Positions 18,632-29,177 of a DNA stretch of 64,000 nt are shown one piece after another; positions within the stretch are counted from its first letter, which is position 1; each line of letters starts with the position of its first letter. Both the position numbers and the translations under genes were made by a program. The stretch is from sequence record LR756504.1. The stretch is one strand, 5' to 3'. The notes below the pieces were generated by a model. That model was not told where the DNA came from. It saw only the letters and a list, made by a program, of their open reading frames with translations, and did not search any database.

Positions 18632-19068
18632 CTTGTTGGCTAAATAATTTGCAATTGTATTTTAAGTCCTCTATCATTCAAAGTATTCATGAATGTAATT
18701 ATATATTGTGCTAACATAGAGTCATCAGGATTCATATAAATGGATACTAATTCTTCTGTATTAGAACTATATTCATTATTGGTTATAAAATTTAATAGTT
18801 TATCAAAATCTGAGCGGTATTTTTTACGTCTATCGCTATCATTATACATAAAAGGAGTTCCAATAGGATTACGCAAACCAGGGTATGACATTACTTTCTT
18901 TTTTAAATAGCTAAGAAGTGATATTTTTCTATATGACATAGGAAATTTTGAAAAACCTTCTTCAAATAGATTTAAGTATTGTTCTCTTAGTTTTTCTATA
19001 TCGTTATTCATAATTTTGGGACATTTATTCCTATTTCTACTAAATGAGAATCAAAAAGTTTTAAAATG

Positions 19069-19100
19069 TTTGTATTTGTGTATATATTTTGCTATATTTG
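19069..19100 (+). promoter_or_regulatory. Bacteroidota sigma-A-type promoter
   Basis: TTTG(19069)-N20-TATATTTG(19093); explains the spurious N-terminal extension of ORF 19016. Confidence 0.75.
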
Positions 19101-19105
19101 TGTAT

Positions 19106-19687
19106 ATGAAAAAAATAAGCACATTATTTAAAAAGGATCCTAAAGATTTGGGTTTAGTAACTACTGAAGTTAGTCCTGAAAATGATTGGGTTATAAAAGG
19201 AGAAGGTATAGCAACTCGTAAATGGGATGGTATTGCTACTGCTATTATGGACGGTTGTTTATTTAAAAGGTATGATGTAAAAAAAGGAAGAACTGCTCCT
19301 ATTGGTGCTATTCCTTGTCAAGAACCTGATGAAATAACAGGACATCATCCACATTGGGTAAAATGTGAAAGAACAAATCCTGCCGATAAATATTTCTTTA
19401 TGGCATTTGATAGTTTAGAAGATAAATCTGAGGGAACATATGAATTAATTTCTGATAATTTTCAAGGTAGACATTCTAAAAAGAATCCTGAGAACATTAC
19501 AGGACATAAGCTTATTAAACATGGTGTTGAATCATTTGAATTGAATGATTTAAGCTTTGAAGCTATAAAAGCGTTTATATGCAATCCTGATAATGATGTT
19601 GAAGGTATTGTATTCCACCATAAGACTGATGGTAGAATGTGTAAAATTAAAAAATCTAATTTTGGAGTCCTTAGATATAAAATATAA
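19106..19687 (+). CDS. ATP-dependent RNA ligase-like protein (DUF5565/RLIG1-type)
   Basis: Motif I TRKWDG (KxDG), GHHPHWV, YELI, EGIVFH, KIKK at C-terminus; start moved to ATG 19106. Confidence 0.7.
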   Translation: MKKISTLFKKDPKDLGLVTTEVSPENDWVIKGEGIATRKWDGIATAIMDGCLFKRYDVKKGRTAPIGAIPCQEPDEITGHHPHWVKCERTNPADKYFFMAFDSLEDKSEGTYELISDNFQGRHSKKNPENITGHKLIKHGVESFELNDLSFEAIKAFICNPDNDVEGIVFHHKTDGRMCKIKKSNFGVLRYKI

Positions 19688-20044
19688 TGAAAAAGATTAA
19701 TCATTTATCTCTCATAGAATTAGAAGCAGAACTCGCCGAGTTAAAATCTGATACATTGTATATAAAAATACTTGAATTACAGAAACAAATTACTGTAATG
19801 AAAAATATTAACAATAAAGAAGTTATTGAAGATTTTCTTAAAGAAAATAAAAACAGACTTGTAAAAGTAAAAGGTATTGTAGATAAAGGCATTATTCAAG
19901 ATGCTTTTTTAAAAAGAAATGATATAGTTGTAAAAGTTCTTATATATGGTTATAACCGTAGTAAAAGATTTTTTAACTATAAATTAAATGAAATTGATAT
20001 TATTGGGAAATATATTCCACCTGTAGTAAAAAATATAAATTAGA

Positions 20045-20344
20045 ATGGATTTATCTTTCGAAATGTTATATGATGGTATGGAGTTCTCTGCTCGAATAAA
20101 TGAAATACCTTGTGTTGGTAAAATAGCATTGTTCGATGGTGGTGTATATTTGTGTCAAAATGTAAAATCGGGGGCATATTGTGTTCGTAATAAAAGACAT
20201 GGATATGATTTTAGTTGGGCAATATTAACAAAGAATTGTTATAAGAAAACAATAGAACGTGCATTAAAACAAAATCATGTATCTGAGTTTAAAATTTTAA
20301 ATAGAAGAAAGAATAGAATAACTGAATTTTATAATAAAAAATAG
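20045..20344 (+). CDS. Paralog family A, copy 1
   Basis: LSFExLxDGxEFSA.IxxxPCxGK...LCQ...RHGY..SW; C-terminal RKNRITEF. Confidence 0.75.
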   Translation: MDLSFEMLYDGMEFSARINEIPCVGKIALFDGGVYLCQNVKSGAYCVRNKRHGYDFSWAILTKNCYKKTIERALKQNHVSEFKILNRRKNRITEFYNKK

Positions 20345-20345
20345 A

Positions 20346-20645
20346 ATGAATTTAACATTTGAGTCATTGCAAGATGGTATGGAATTTTCCGCACATATAG
20401 ATGGGACACCATGTGAAGGTAAACTTTGTATGTATGATAACCATGTCTTTTTATGTCAAGACAAGAAAGATGGTATTGATTGTAGACGTGACAGAAGACA
20501 TGGTTATCAATTTAGTTGGATAATTAAAGATCCATATAAAAAAACTACAACACTTGATCAAGCATTGAAGATACATGGTGTAACTGGATTTAAAATTCTG
20601 AATAAAAGAAAAGATAGAATAACTGACTTTTATAATCAAAACTAA
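20346..20645 (+). CDS. Paralog family A, copy 2
   Basis: Same motif set; RKDRITDF. Confidence 0.75.
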   Translation: MNLTFESLQDGMEFSAHIDGTPCEGKLCMYDNHVFLCQDKKDGIDCRRDRRHGYQFSWIIKDPYKKTTTLDQALKIHGVTGFKILNKRKDRITDFYNQN

Positions 20646-20650
20646 TTGAA

Positions 20651-20950
20651 ATGGAATTATCTTTTGAATCATTAACAGATGGTATGGAATTTTCTGCTAA
20701 CATAGATGGAATACCATGTGTTGGTAAAATTGCTGTATTTAGTGGTTTTGTATATTTATGTCAAAATAAAAAATCTGGCGCACTTTGTGGATACGATAAA
20801 AGACATGGTTATAATAGTAGTTGGATAATTAGAAATCCTGCTAAACATGTTCCATCACTATCGGTATCGTTCGCTGAAAACAGAGTAACTGAATTTAAAA
20901 TTCTGAATAAAAGAAAAGATAGAATAACTGAATTTTATAATCAACATTAA
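20651..20950 (+). CDS. Paralog family A, copy 3
   Basis: Same motif set; RKDRITEF. Confidence 0.75.
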   Translation: MELSFESLTDGMEFSANIDGIPCVGKIAVFSGFVYLCQNKKSGALCGYDKRHGYNSSWIIRNPAKHVPSLSVSFAENRVTEFKILNKRKDRITEFYNQH

Positions 20951-20951
20951 A

Positions 20952-21257
20952 ATGGATTTATCTTTCGAATTGTTATATGATGGTATAGAATATTCTGCTA
21001 ACATTGTTGGAATACCTTGTGTAGGTAAAGTTTCTATGTTTGATAACAGTGTTTATTTATGTCAAGATAAAACAGAAGGTTCTGACTGTGGTGTTGATAG
21101 AAGACATGGTTATGATTACAGTTGGGTGATTGTAGAAAGTTTGGACGATACTCCATTAGAAGAAGCATTGGATTTAAATGATGTTAAAGATTTTAAAATA
21201 ATAAATAGAGTAGCTGATAAAAGAAAAGAAAGAATAAATAAATTAAATTTTGACTAA
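20952..21257 (+). CDS. Paralog family A, copy 4
   Basis: Same motif set; RKERINKL. Confidence 0.75.
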   Translation: MDLSFELLYDGIEYSANIVGIPCVGKVSMFDNSVYLCQDKTEGSDCGVDRRHGYDYSWVIVESLDDTPLEEALDLNDVKDFKIINRVADKRKERINKLNFD

Positions 21258-21266
21258 TATCTATTA

Positions 21267-22856
21267 TTATTTCAAATAGTCAATTAACGAAGAAAGTATT
21301 TCTTGTTTATTTTCTATACCATCAATTTGTTTTACAAAATTTATAAATCTTTTTTTATCATCATCACTTGTAAATTTAATATGTTGATTTCCAATAGAAC
21401 CATTATCATAAACTCTAAATGTTGTAGTATAATTATTATCAACAGTTTCAAAAAAATCATTTATTGAATTATATACCAATGTATTATAATCATCAAATAG
21501 TTTACTGTTTATAAAAATTATATTTAAGAATCCTGCTGATGCTACATAGGTACTAACACCAGAAGTATCAATTACGCATGTTATAGGATTCTCGTATTTA
21601 CCTACTAGTAAATTAAAAACTCCCCATTTTTCTTTACTTTTATTGAGATAATAAATAAAATTATTTGCTTCTGAATACACATCATCCTCTTCTTCGTCTT
21701 CATCATCAAAGTCAACATTTTCTCTAATATCTAATGGTTTATCAAAACGAAATGCATTTAGAGGGATATTATTTTCAGTTAAGAATGTTATAACATTTTT
21801 TATACTATTGGTATCGGTAAATTTTCTATAGATTACATCAGATGTTATATTAACGTATATTCTATATTTAGATTTTTTCCTTTGGTATTTACCCAATCTA
21901 ACATAATCATTATTCTTTGCAATATCTAAAAATTCTTCTCTAATCATAGTAAATTTAATGCTTGACGGAGTTCCCCAAGTACTCGTTTTATTATATTTTA
22001 GACTATGTGGTTCAATAATACATCTACAATTACCTGTTTTTTTATTCCATGTATGTATAATTCCATATTTTTCTTTACTTTTTTCTAAGTCTTCGAAAAA
22101 TATTTCGTCTTCTTCTTCCTCGCCATCATCATCGTAATCTAAATATTCATTTAATGTCATAATTTTTTTCAATTCATCATCAAGTTCAATAGTCTTAAAT
22201 GTCTTTTCGCATTCTTTTACTAACTCTTTAATATTATTGTATTTTTTAGATATAACCATAATACCTTCTAATTCTATAGATGGTCCATCAACAGATAAAG
22301 TTTCAATTTCTTTTATATCTTTATTAAGAACAATTGTGTAATAATCACTATCTTGAATTAAATGATACCATATCTTTCTACTATTATCATTAGTGGCATA
22401 AGAAGAACTTCTAGCATATCCAATTTCATTTATAAGAGCTTTGTACATCTTATACCCTAAACCAATTCCAAATAATTTATCGGATAATCCTATTGCATGT
22501 ATTCTATTTAATGGATGTTCAACTTGAAAAGCTAATTTTAATTTAAGTCTATTTTGTGTAATTTCTTTATATTCATTTACTAATTTAAGTAAATGTATGT
22601 TCTCTTTTACTGATACTGACCATTCATCAGTTTTGTAAACTTTTCTATCTAATACAGCATATAAATCATCTACAGAAATGTATTTTAAAATTGTTCTAAT
22701 TTCGGTTAATAATAATTCACCTTTATCATCAGTTTGGGATTCTGGTTTATTTTTTGTAAGTTCTTTATTTTGTATTAGATAAAAGTCCTTATTAGAGTCT
22801 ATCCATTGTTTAGACATCTCTTTTTCAAATAAATAGAATTTCTTTAAAAATTTCAT
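21267..22856 (-). CDS. Multidomain protein with GNAT-like segment and N-terminal tag
   Basis: RIHAIG...LFGIGLGYKMY...RKIWYHL; MKFLKKFYLFE; TAATATATA at 22861-22868. Confidence 0.55.
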   Translation of the reverse strand: MKFLKKFYLFEKEMSKQWIDSNKDFYLIQNKELTKNKPESQTDDKGELLLTEIRTILKYISVDDLYAVLDRKVYKTDEWSVSVKENIHLLKLVNEYKEITQNRLKLKLAFQVEHPLNRIHAIGLSDKLFGIGLGYKMYKALINEIGYARSSSYATNDNSRKIWYHLIQDSDYYTIVLNKDIKEIETLSVDGPSIELEGIMVISKKYNNIKELVKECEKTFKTIELDDELKKIMTLNEYLDYDDDGEEEEDEIFFEDLEKSKEKYGIIHTWNKKTGNCRCIIEPHSLKYNKTSTWGTPSSIKFTMIREEFLDIAKNNDYVRLGKYQRKKSKYRIYVNITSDVIYRKFTDTNSIKNVITFLTENNIPLNAFRFDKPLDIRENVDFDDEDEEEDDVYSEANNFIYYLNKSKEKWGVFNLLVGKYENPITCVIDTSGVSTYVASAGFLNIIFINSKLFDDYNTLVYNSINDFFETVDNNYTTTFRVYDNGSIGNQHIKFTSDDDKKRFINFVKQIDGIENKQEILSSLIDYLK

Positions 22857-22918
22857 AGTTTATATATTAATATTACAGCTTTGATTAATATATAGATTTA
22901 GAAAACTTTTAGTATAGG

Positions 22919-23344
22919 GTGAAGAAACTATTGAATAAAACGTTTAAGGAGATGGCTTTTGAGTTTTCCCTTATGGTTACTTTTAGTACAGGAGTTACTG
23001 CATTCTATCATGTTGTCTTAGGAATAATTAATGATTATAAACCACATTTTACTAACCACGCATTAATTTATTTAATACTTACATCTTGTTGTATCCTATT
23101 ACAGTCTATCTATGAAGTTATCCAAGAAAAGAACTCTATTGGGAAAGTAATACCATGTTTTATTGATAGAATAATTAACATCGTTGGATTTACCTTCATG
23201 TTAGTTCCAACTGTCTTAATTATCAATAAAGCATTTGGTTATACTGAAATTCTTGGAGATTTTAAGATTCAAGGCGTTGTTTTGAGCTATTTTTTATCAT
23301 TTATAACATTTTTAGTAAGAACTTACATATTTCATAGAGATTAA
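22919..23344 (+). CDS. Four-TM membrane protein
   Basis: Four hydrophobic segments. Confidence 0.55.
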   Translation: MKKLLNKTFKEMAFEFSLMVTFSTGVTAFYHVVLGIINDYKPHFTNHALIYLILTSCCILLQSIYEVIQEKNSIGKVIPCFIDRIINIVGFTFMLVPTVLIINKAFGYTEILGDFKIQGVVLSYFLSFITFLVRTYIFHRD

Positions 23345-23376
23345 TTTGTGAATTCAAGGTTTTTTGTGTAAATTTG
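23345..23376 (+). promoter_or_regulatory. Bacteroidota sigma-A-type promoter
   Basis: TTTG(23345)-N20-TAAATTTG(23369). Confidence 0.75.
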
Positions 23377-23765
23377 TATTATAATTCAAATTATGGAAAG
23401 TATAAGAACTACATTAATAGCTAAAACTCTTAAAAATTATCCTTCGCATAAAATAATTTTATATGCTATAGAATTGGGTAAGGGTATGATGTATTCTTTA
23501 CAGAAAGCTTTAAGAAATGAAAATATTAGACATTATATGTTGGATATGTGTGACTTACATGTGGATATTTATTTGAATCATATTAAAAGTAGCTCAGAAC
23601 ATTCGGTTTTTGTATTAGCTGATTTCCATAAATTATCAGAATCAAATAAAAATAAAATTCTAATGTATATGTTCGAAAATGATAAGAAGTTGAATTTTGT
23701 TATCTGTGGATTGGATAGTATAAGCATTGATAATGTGCTATTAAATAAAATGATTACAGTTTAAA

Positions 23766-23797
23766 TTTGTATTTGTTTACAAATTTTAGTACCTTTG
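23766..23797 (+). promoter_or_regulatory. Bacteroidota sigma-A-type promoter
   Basis: TTTG(23766)-N20-TACCTTTG(23790); true start of next ORF likely ATG 23818. Confidence 0.75.
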
Positions 23798-24639
23798 TAT
23801 TACTAAATAATAAAACTATGCTAAAAGTATTTATATCAGATGGTGGACTTGGATATGGGCAAGCAGCATTCTTAATAAAATTGGAAGGTGATGATTATTT
23901 GTGTATAGCAACACATGGTATTGATGAAGATGATACCTACGCAATGTATCGTGTGGGTGAAATTGTAAAAGATTTGGAAGATATTTATGTATCGCCAAGT
24001 GATTTTAAATTGGAGGACTCTCCTTTATTCAAAACATATCTATTCCAACATTTCTTAAAAACTAAAGTATAATGTCAAGTTTCAAATTTATAGAAATGAG
24101 AGATTGTGGTTCTACCAATTGTCCACATTGTGGTTCGGAAGGCAGGTATATCTATACTTGGGAACAGGATGGTAAGGTATATTCTGCTATGGCAGGATGC
24201 TACAAAGCATTAACTGGTAAATTAGAGAAAGGCGAAGCTTCTCGTTTCTATGAAATTTTAGCTGAAAAAGTAGTAAAAAATAAAACTCTTAATGGTTGGG
24301 ATAAAGCAGTGTTAAGAATGCAGGAATATATTAAAGCAAATATTACGGATGTAAAAAAAGTAATATGGGCAGAAAATAAAATAGGTGAAGCATTGAGTCA
24401 AAGAAAAAAATATTTAGCTAAAAAGAGATATTAGTATGTGTTTAACTGCATTTAGAAATGGTGACTTAGTGAGAATGCCAAACTGCAAAGATTTTAGATT
24501 GACATCTGATGTATATGAATATAAAATAGGGAGAATGGGATTTAATACTGATAGAGAAAATGATAAGCCAATTTCTTATTTAAAATTACTAGAATCTGCT
24601 TACTTAGTAGAAACTAAAAGTGGAAGAAAAAATAAATAA

Positions 24640-25545
24640 CTATTTTCTTATTATTGCATAGTTCTTGATAAACCAATCAATCGTATTGTTCAACCCTTCT
24701 TCTAAGGATGTAAATTCAAAATCCTTAAAATCACTCTTAGCTGTTTTTTTAAATTGACCATTTGGTTTTGATGTATCAAACTTCATCTTACTTAATACAT
24801 TAAATCTATCGGCTATTATAACGGCAATATCTTTTATTGAATACTCATTTTCATTGATTGCCATAAAAGGTTCTTCTCTTTTCCAATTATCAATACTCCA
24901 TAATATAAGTTTAGATAAATCATCCGAATAGATAAACTGTCTTAATGGTGTACCATCACTCCATACAATAAAATCATTCCCTGTAAGGCTAGCTTCATAT
25001 GCCTTTCTAATTAGTGCAGGAATCAAATGTGAATTTTCTAAATGATAGTAATCATTCTTACCGTAGACATTTGTAGGTATTACGCTTATCCAATTCTTAC
25101 CTGTGAAATTTCTATACATCTTAGTTTGATAATATAATAGTCTTTTAGCATATGAATATCCACTGTTGGATGAATGTGGACTTCCTAAATCTAATTGATT
25201 TGCAGTTAATGGATATGAAACATTGTCATTTGGAAATATACAAGTAGATAAAATAGAAATAAAGTTCTCTACATTATTATTCAAAGCGGATTCTAAAATG
25301 TTTGAATTGATTTTAACGTTCTCGCTAAAAAATCCATTGTTATCTTTCATATTTGAAAATACACCTCCGACTTTTGCAGCACAATGTATGATTGTATCAG
25401 GTGCTTCGGCTTCAATATAATTATTAGTTTGAGTTAAGTCTAATAAATTAGCCTTCTCTCTTGTATGTTCAATAGCATTACTAATATTATTTGCCAAAGA
25501 ACTACCTAATAGTCCTTTTGATCCAGTTATCATTATTCGTTGCAT
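24640..25545 (-). CDS. fcl: GDP-L-fucose synthase (extended SDR)
   Basis: ITGSKGLLG, HCAAKVGG, LSTCIFP, YSYAKR, PTNVYG, HLIPALI, GTPLRQF. Confidence 0.9.
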   Translation of the reverse strand: MQRIMITGSKGLLGSSLANNISNAIEHTREKANLLDLTQTNNYIEAEAPDTIIHCAAKVGGVFSNMKDNNGFFSENVKINSNILESALNNNVENFISILSTCIFPNDNVSYPLTANQLDLGSPHSSNSGYSYAKRLLYYQTKMYRNFTGKNWISVIPTNVYGKNDYYHLENSHLIPALIRKAYEASLTGNDFIVWSDGTPLRQFIYSDDLSKLILWSIDNWKREEPFMAINENEYSIKDIAVIIADRFNVLSKMKFDTSKPNGQFKKTAKSDFKDFEFTSLEEGLNNTIDWFIKNYAIIRK

Positions 25546-26108
25546 AACACATCATTTATCATTACTTTAAGTAAACCAGGTAATTTAGTTTCATATTTCC
25601 ATCTCATTTTAGTCCTTTATTTACAATTTTATTCATATAAAAATTATAATTTATTAATTATATTCAAACTTTCACTTTTGTTTATTATATAACAAAATAA
25701 AGTACATGAATTCTGAGTGGGTAGATAATATTGATGTAAATGAAATGATTTATCTTGCATCATTTGATGATGATTTAGGTGATAGACACACACTCGCATT
25801 TTATTATAAGGATTATTTATTAGTGATTCAAGAAAATGCTTCTGTGATAGTTGTGTGGAAAAATACAGGTTCGCGTTCGAGCGGTATTTATGATTTTGAA
25901 TGTGTCTATAGTTTTAATTATTTTAATAAAGAAGATAAATCAGAATTTTTAAATTTTAAAGAAAAATATGAAAAAATGGTTAAAAATATCACTTTTATAT
26001 TTAAAGACAAAGAAGAAATTGTAGAAAGATTTAAAATTCAAAAAAGAAAATCAACAATTGAAGAATTTTGTAAATAAGTTTAAAATACACATCTAAATTT
26101 AGAAAAAT

Positions 26109-26744
26109 ATGAAATATGCAATTATAATCTTACTTTTTATCGTATTAGGGTGTAGTAGTACTAAACCTATCATACAAGAACATGTTCACATTAAAAAAAA
26201 TGATGTTACTGATGTTATCACTTTAAAAAGAGGTAATCAACAAATTTTATTGGTTGGTGTAAAACATGTTGGAAGTATTAAATATTATAAACAAATACAA
26301 AGTATTTTAGATACATGTAGCACAGTGTTATATGAAGGAATTGATTTGGGTGATGAAAAGAGTGTTGAATATGAAGAAGCATCAAAAACATTAAAAGAAA
26401 GCTATGAAAAAATAGATGATTCTACTATTGTATATCAAGCAGATTATATAGAATATTCTGATGATTGGTATTTATCTGATTTAAATTCTGATGATATGGT
26501 AGCAATTTTTAATAGTAAGAGTTGGTATTTAGATGTTATGAAGAACAGCCTTTATGATCCTAAAATATATAATGCAGTAATAATTTTAAGAAATAATAAG
26601 ACTGTTTTATATAGTATAAGATTGCTTGGGAAACATCACAATAATATTACTATATTATATGGTAATTTACATTTGAAACATTTTATTGAAGAATTTTCTA
26701 AATTAGGATTTGTGGTAGCTAAAGAAGAGGAAATAACATTATAA
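26109..26744 (+). CDS. Lipoprotein, TraB/GumN-like
   Basis: Signal peptide with lipobox VLGC; LVGVKHVG and VLYEG motifs. Confidence 0.5.
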   Translation: MKYAIIILLFIVLGCSSTKPIIQEHVHIKKNDVTDVITLKRGNQQILLVGVKHVGSIKYYKQIQSILDTCSTVLYEGIDLGDEKSVEYEEASKTLKESYEKIDDSTIVYQADYIEYSDDWYLSDLNSDDMVAIFNSKSWYLDVMKNSLYDPKIYNAVIILRNNKTVLYSIRLLGKHHNNITILYGNLHLKHFIEEFSKLGFVVAKEEEITL

Positions 26745-27000
26745 TTTTTCCTCTTCTTTATTAATAATTTTGGCGGTGTTCATTAAAGAGTTATCTTCAA
26801 AAAATAATTCTATTTTTCTCTTTCTACTGTCCATCCAATCATAATAACAATCGTCATAATAACAATCATCACATTTACAATAAGAATTACACCAATGTTC
26901 ATATGATTCGTCGTAATAACCATAACTCCAATAATCCTCTTTTATCTCATTTTCTACAATTTTCTTAGATGTGTAATTTTTATTCATGTCTGTATATATC

Positions 27001-27027
27001 AAACTTTTAACGTATTTTAAATATAAT
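27001..27027 (+). promoter_or_regulatory. Phage promoter class AAACTW-N15/16-TATAAT
   Basis: AAACTT(27001)-N15-TATAAT(27022), 5 nt before ATG 27032. Confidence 0.65.
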
Positions 27028-27826
27028 TGTTATGAATAGAGAAGAAATAAATAGTATGAGCAATATTTACTATTTAGAAAACTATATAGACATTGATACA
27101 TCGGGACAAGCTTCTTTAAGAATAACTTACTTCAAAAATGATCACCCAGCATTAGAACAGGAAATATTAGACAGAGATATTGCTATTAGAGGTTGTAAAT
27201 TAACATCAATGTTATTTGATGCGGAATGGTACATTTATAAATTATGTAATGTTGTAAATATAGTTGAATTCACAACTCAATTAGATAGCTTTATTATTTA
27301 TACTCTAATAGGTAAATCTGTGATATCTGTTAGAGATAAAGGAGTAGTAAGAAAATTAAATATAGATGAATTATTTTTAGAATACGATTTTATAGAAGAC
27401 GATAAAAAATTAAGTGAAAATCAAATAGATAATTTTAATATTGACACTTTAAATATTAATAGTAAGAAATTGTGATAGAGCTTAATAAATTTTATATAAT
27501 GAATATGCATTTAATCTACATTATATGTGAGCGATCATCTGTTTGGACTAAAAATAATGCACATATGGGATACAATTTTATTGTTTTGGGTGAAATAATA
27601 GATGAAAATACTTTTGATGTGCGTAATGCATCAGGAAAAATTATATGGTTCAATACACATGATATGAATTTAGATAAACCAACTAAGAAAGAGTTTGATA
27701 ATTTTTTTAATTATATTCATACTAAAGAAAAAGAATTTACTGCGAATTTATATGAATTGATAGAACAGGATTATCCAAACATACTATATAAATTTCCAAC
27801 ATTAAAGCAAATAAGAGGTTCAAAAA

Positions 27827-29107
27827 TTAAATGTCTTTTATAGAATAGCCTTTGCCTATTTTTTCTAAACGAATTCCTCTATTTTCCAATTCCTTTTTAA
27901 CATCTTCCATATTTTGTGTTTTCAATGTAATTAAATAATTAAATTTGGCATCAGATAGAACACCACCATTTATTTCGAATTCTTTTAATAGCAGATCACA
28001 GAACGTTTTAACATCCATTTTACTAACACCAATAAATGTGAAGAAATCTTCTATAGTATTAAATTCTTTACCATTACATGATATTAACCCGTTGTAAATA
28101 GAAACTTCATATTCTTCATCTTCATGCCACTTAACGAAGTGATACTTCCTATTAACCTTAAATAGTTGTAAATAGTTATTATAGCTCCTTATTTCATGAC
28201 AGACGAAATATAAATCGTCAAACATAGTAAATATTTCTTGGAATAATAGTTGATCATTACTTAATTCACTACCTTCAACATATTTTCTACTGTCAATAGA
28301 ATAATTATTTTCGAGTTTTCTATCGGTTGATAACCCTTCCCAATTTATTTTAGATGCCGCTAAAGCAACATCTTTAATATAAGAAATATCTACATATTCA
28401 TTTACTGTATGCTCATTCCAAACACCAACAGAAATATTAACACATTCTGGAATTAAATCTACAAAAAATGCACTATCTGTATAATATCCCGTACTATCTT
28501 TATGGAATTTCATACCCACATTGTAAAATTCTTTAATTAGATTATCTACAAATATATTAGAACAACATACTCTTCCAAGTTGTCTATTCACAATAGAGCC
28601 TTTTTCTTTTCTATCAAAAGTAATTATCCTTTTAAATTTTTTAAAATATTCAGGTTTCTCTTCTATTGCGTGTATAGAACCATATGGATAATCTCCATGA
28701 ACTGTTGATTCCTCACCTAAGAAGAAATAATAAGTACCTGGTATTCCTTTAGATATTAAATAAAATAGTACAGTACAACCCGCTTTATTATCACCACCTA
28801 ATATTGTAGTTTTATCGGTTGATATAATATTACCATTAATTATATGATTTACCTTTTCGTAATTCTTTGAAGCAGTATCTAAATGTGATGTAAATAAAGT
28901 TTCACTATTATCAATTTCATAATAATAATTACCTATTGCATCCTTTTTCCAACCATTAGGTAATAAGTGTTCTAAAGTATCCTCTTTTCCGAAAGGGATT
29001 GTGTAATCGGTTAGATTTAAAAATGTTTTTTTAAAGTCGAATCCTCTATTTTCTTGATTTTCAATAGATTCTTTGAAGAAATTTTCATATTTATGGTAAT
29101 ATTTCAC
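27827..29107 (-). CDS. M28/M20-like metallopeptidase with N-terminal tag
   Basis: FTSHLDT, LGGDNKAG, FLGEE, TFDRK, YTDS, NEHT zinc-ligand pattern. Confidence 0.75.
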   Translation of the reverse strand: MKYYHKYENFFKESIENQENRGFDFKKTFLNLTDYTIPFGKEDTLEHLLPNGWKKDAIGNYYYEIDNSETLFTSHLDTASKNYEKVNHIINGNIISTDKTTILGGDNKAGCTVLFYLISKGIPGTYYFFLGEESTVHGDYPYGSIHAIEEKPEYFKKFKRIITFDRKEKGSIVNRQLGRVCCSNIFVDNLIKEFYNVGMKFHKDSTGYYTDSAFFVDLIPECVNISVGVWNEHTVNEYVDISYIKDVALAASKINWEGLSTDRKLENNYSIDSRKYVEGSELSNDQLLFQEIFTMFDDLYFVCHEIRSYNNYLQLFKVNRKYHFVKWHEDEEYEVSIYNGLISCNGKEFNTIEDFFTFIGVSKMDVKTFCDLLLKEFEINGGVLSDAKFNYLITLKTQNMEDVKKELENRGIRLEKIGKGYSIKDI

Positions 29108-29177
29108 AATTTATATATTAATATTCAAACTTTATAAAAAATAAAGCATATAAACATATATAAAAAGAATAATATCA

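Noticed and set aside
20045-21257. CRISPR-like array suggested by ~300-bp periodicity
   Set aside because: The periodicity is from tandem protein-coding paralogs; there are no identical short repeats with unique spacers anywhere in the window.
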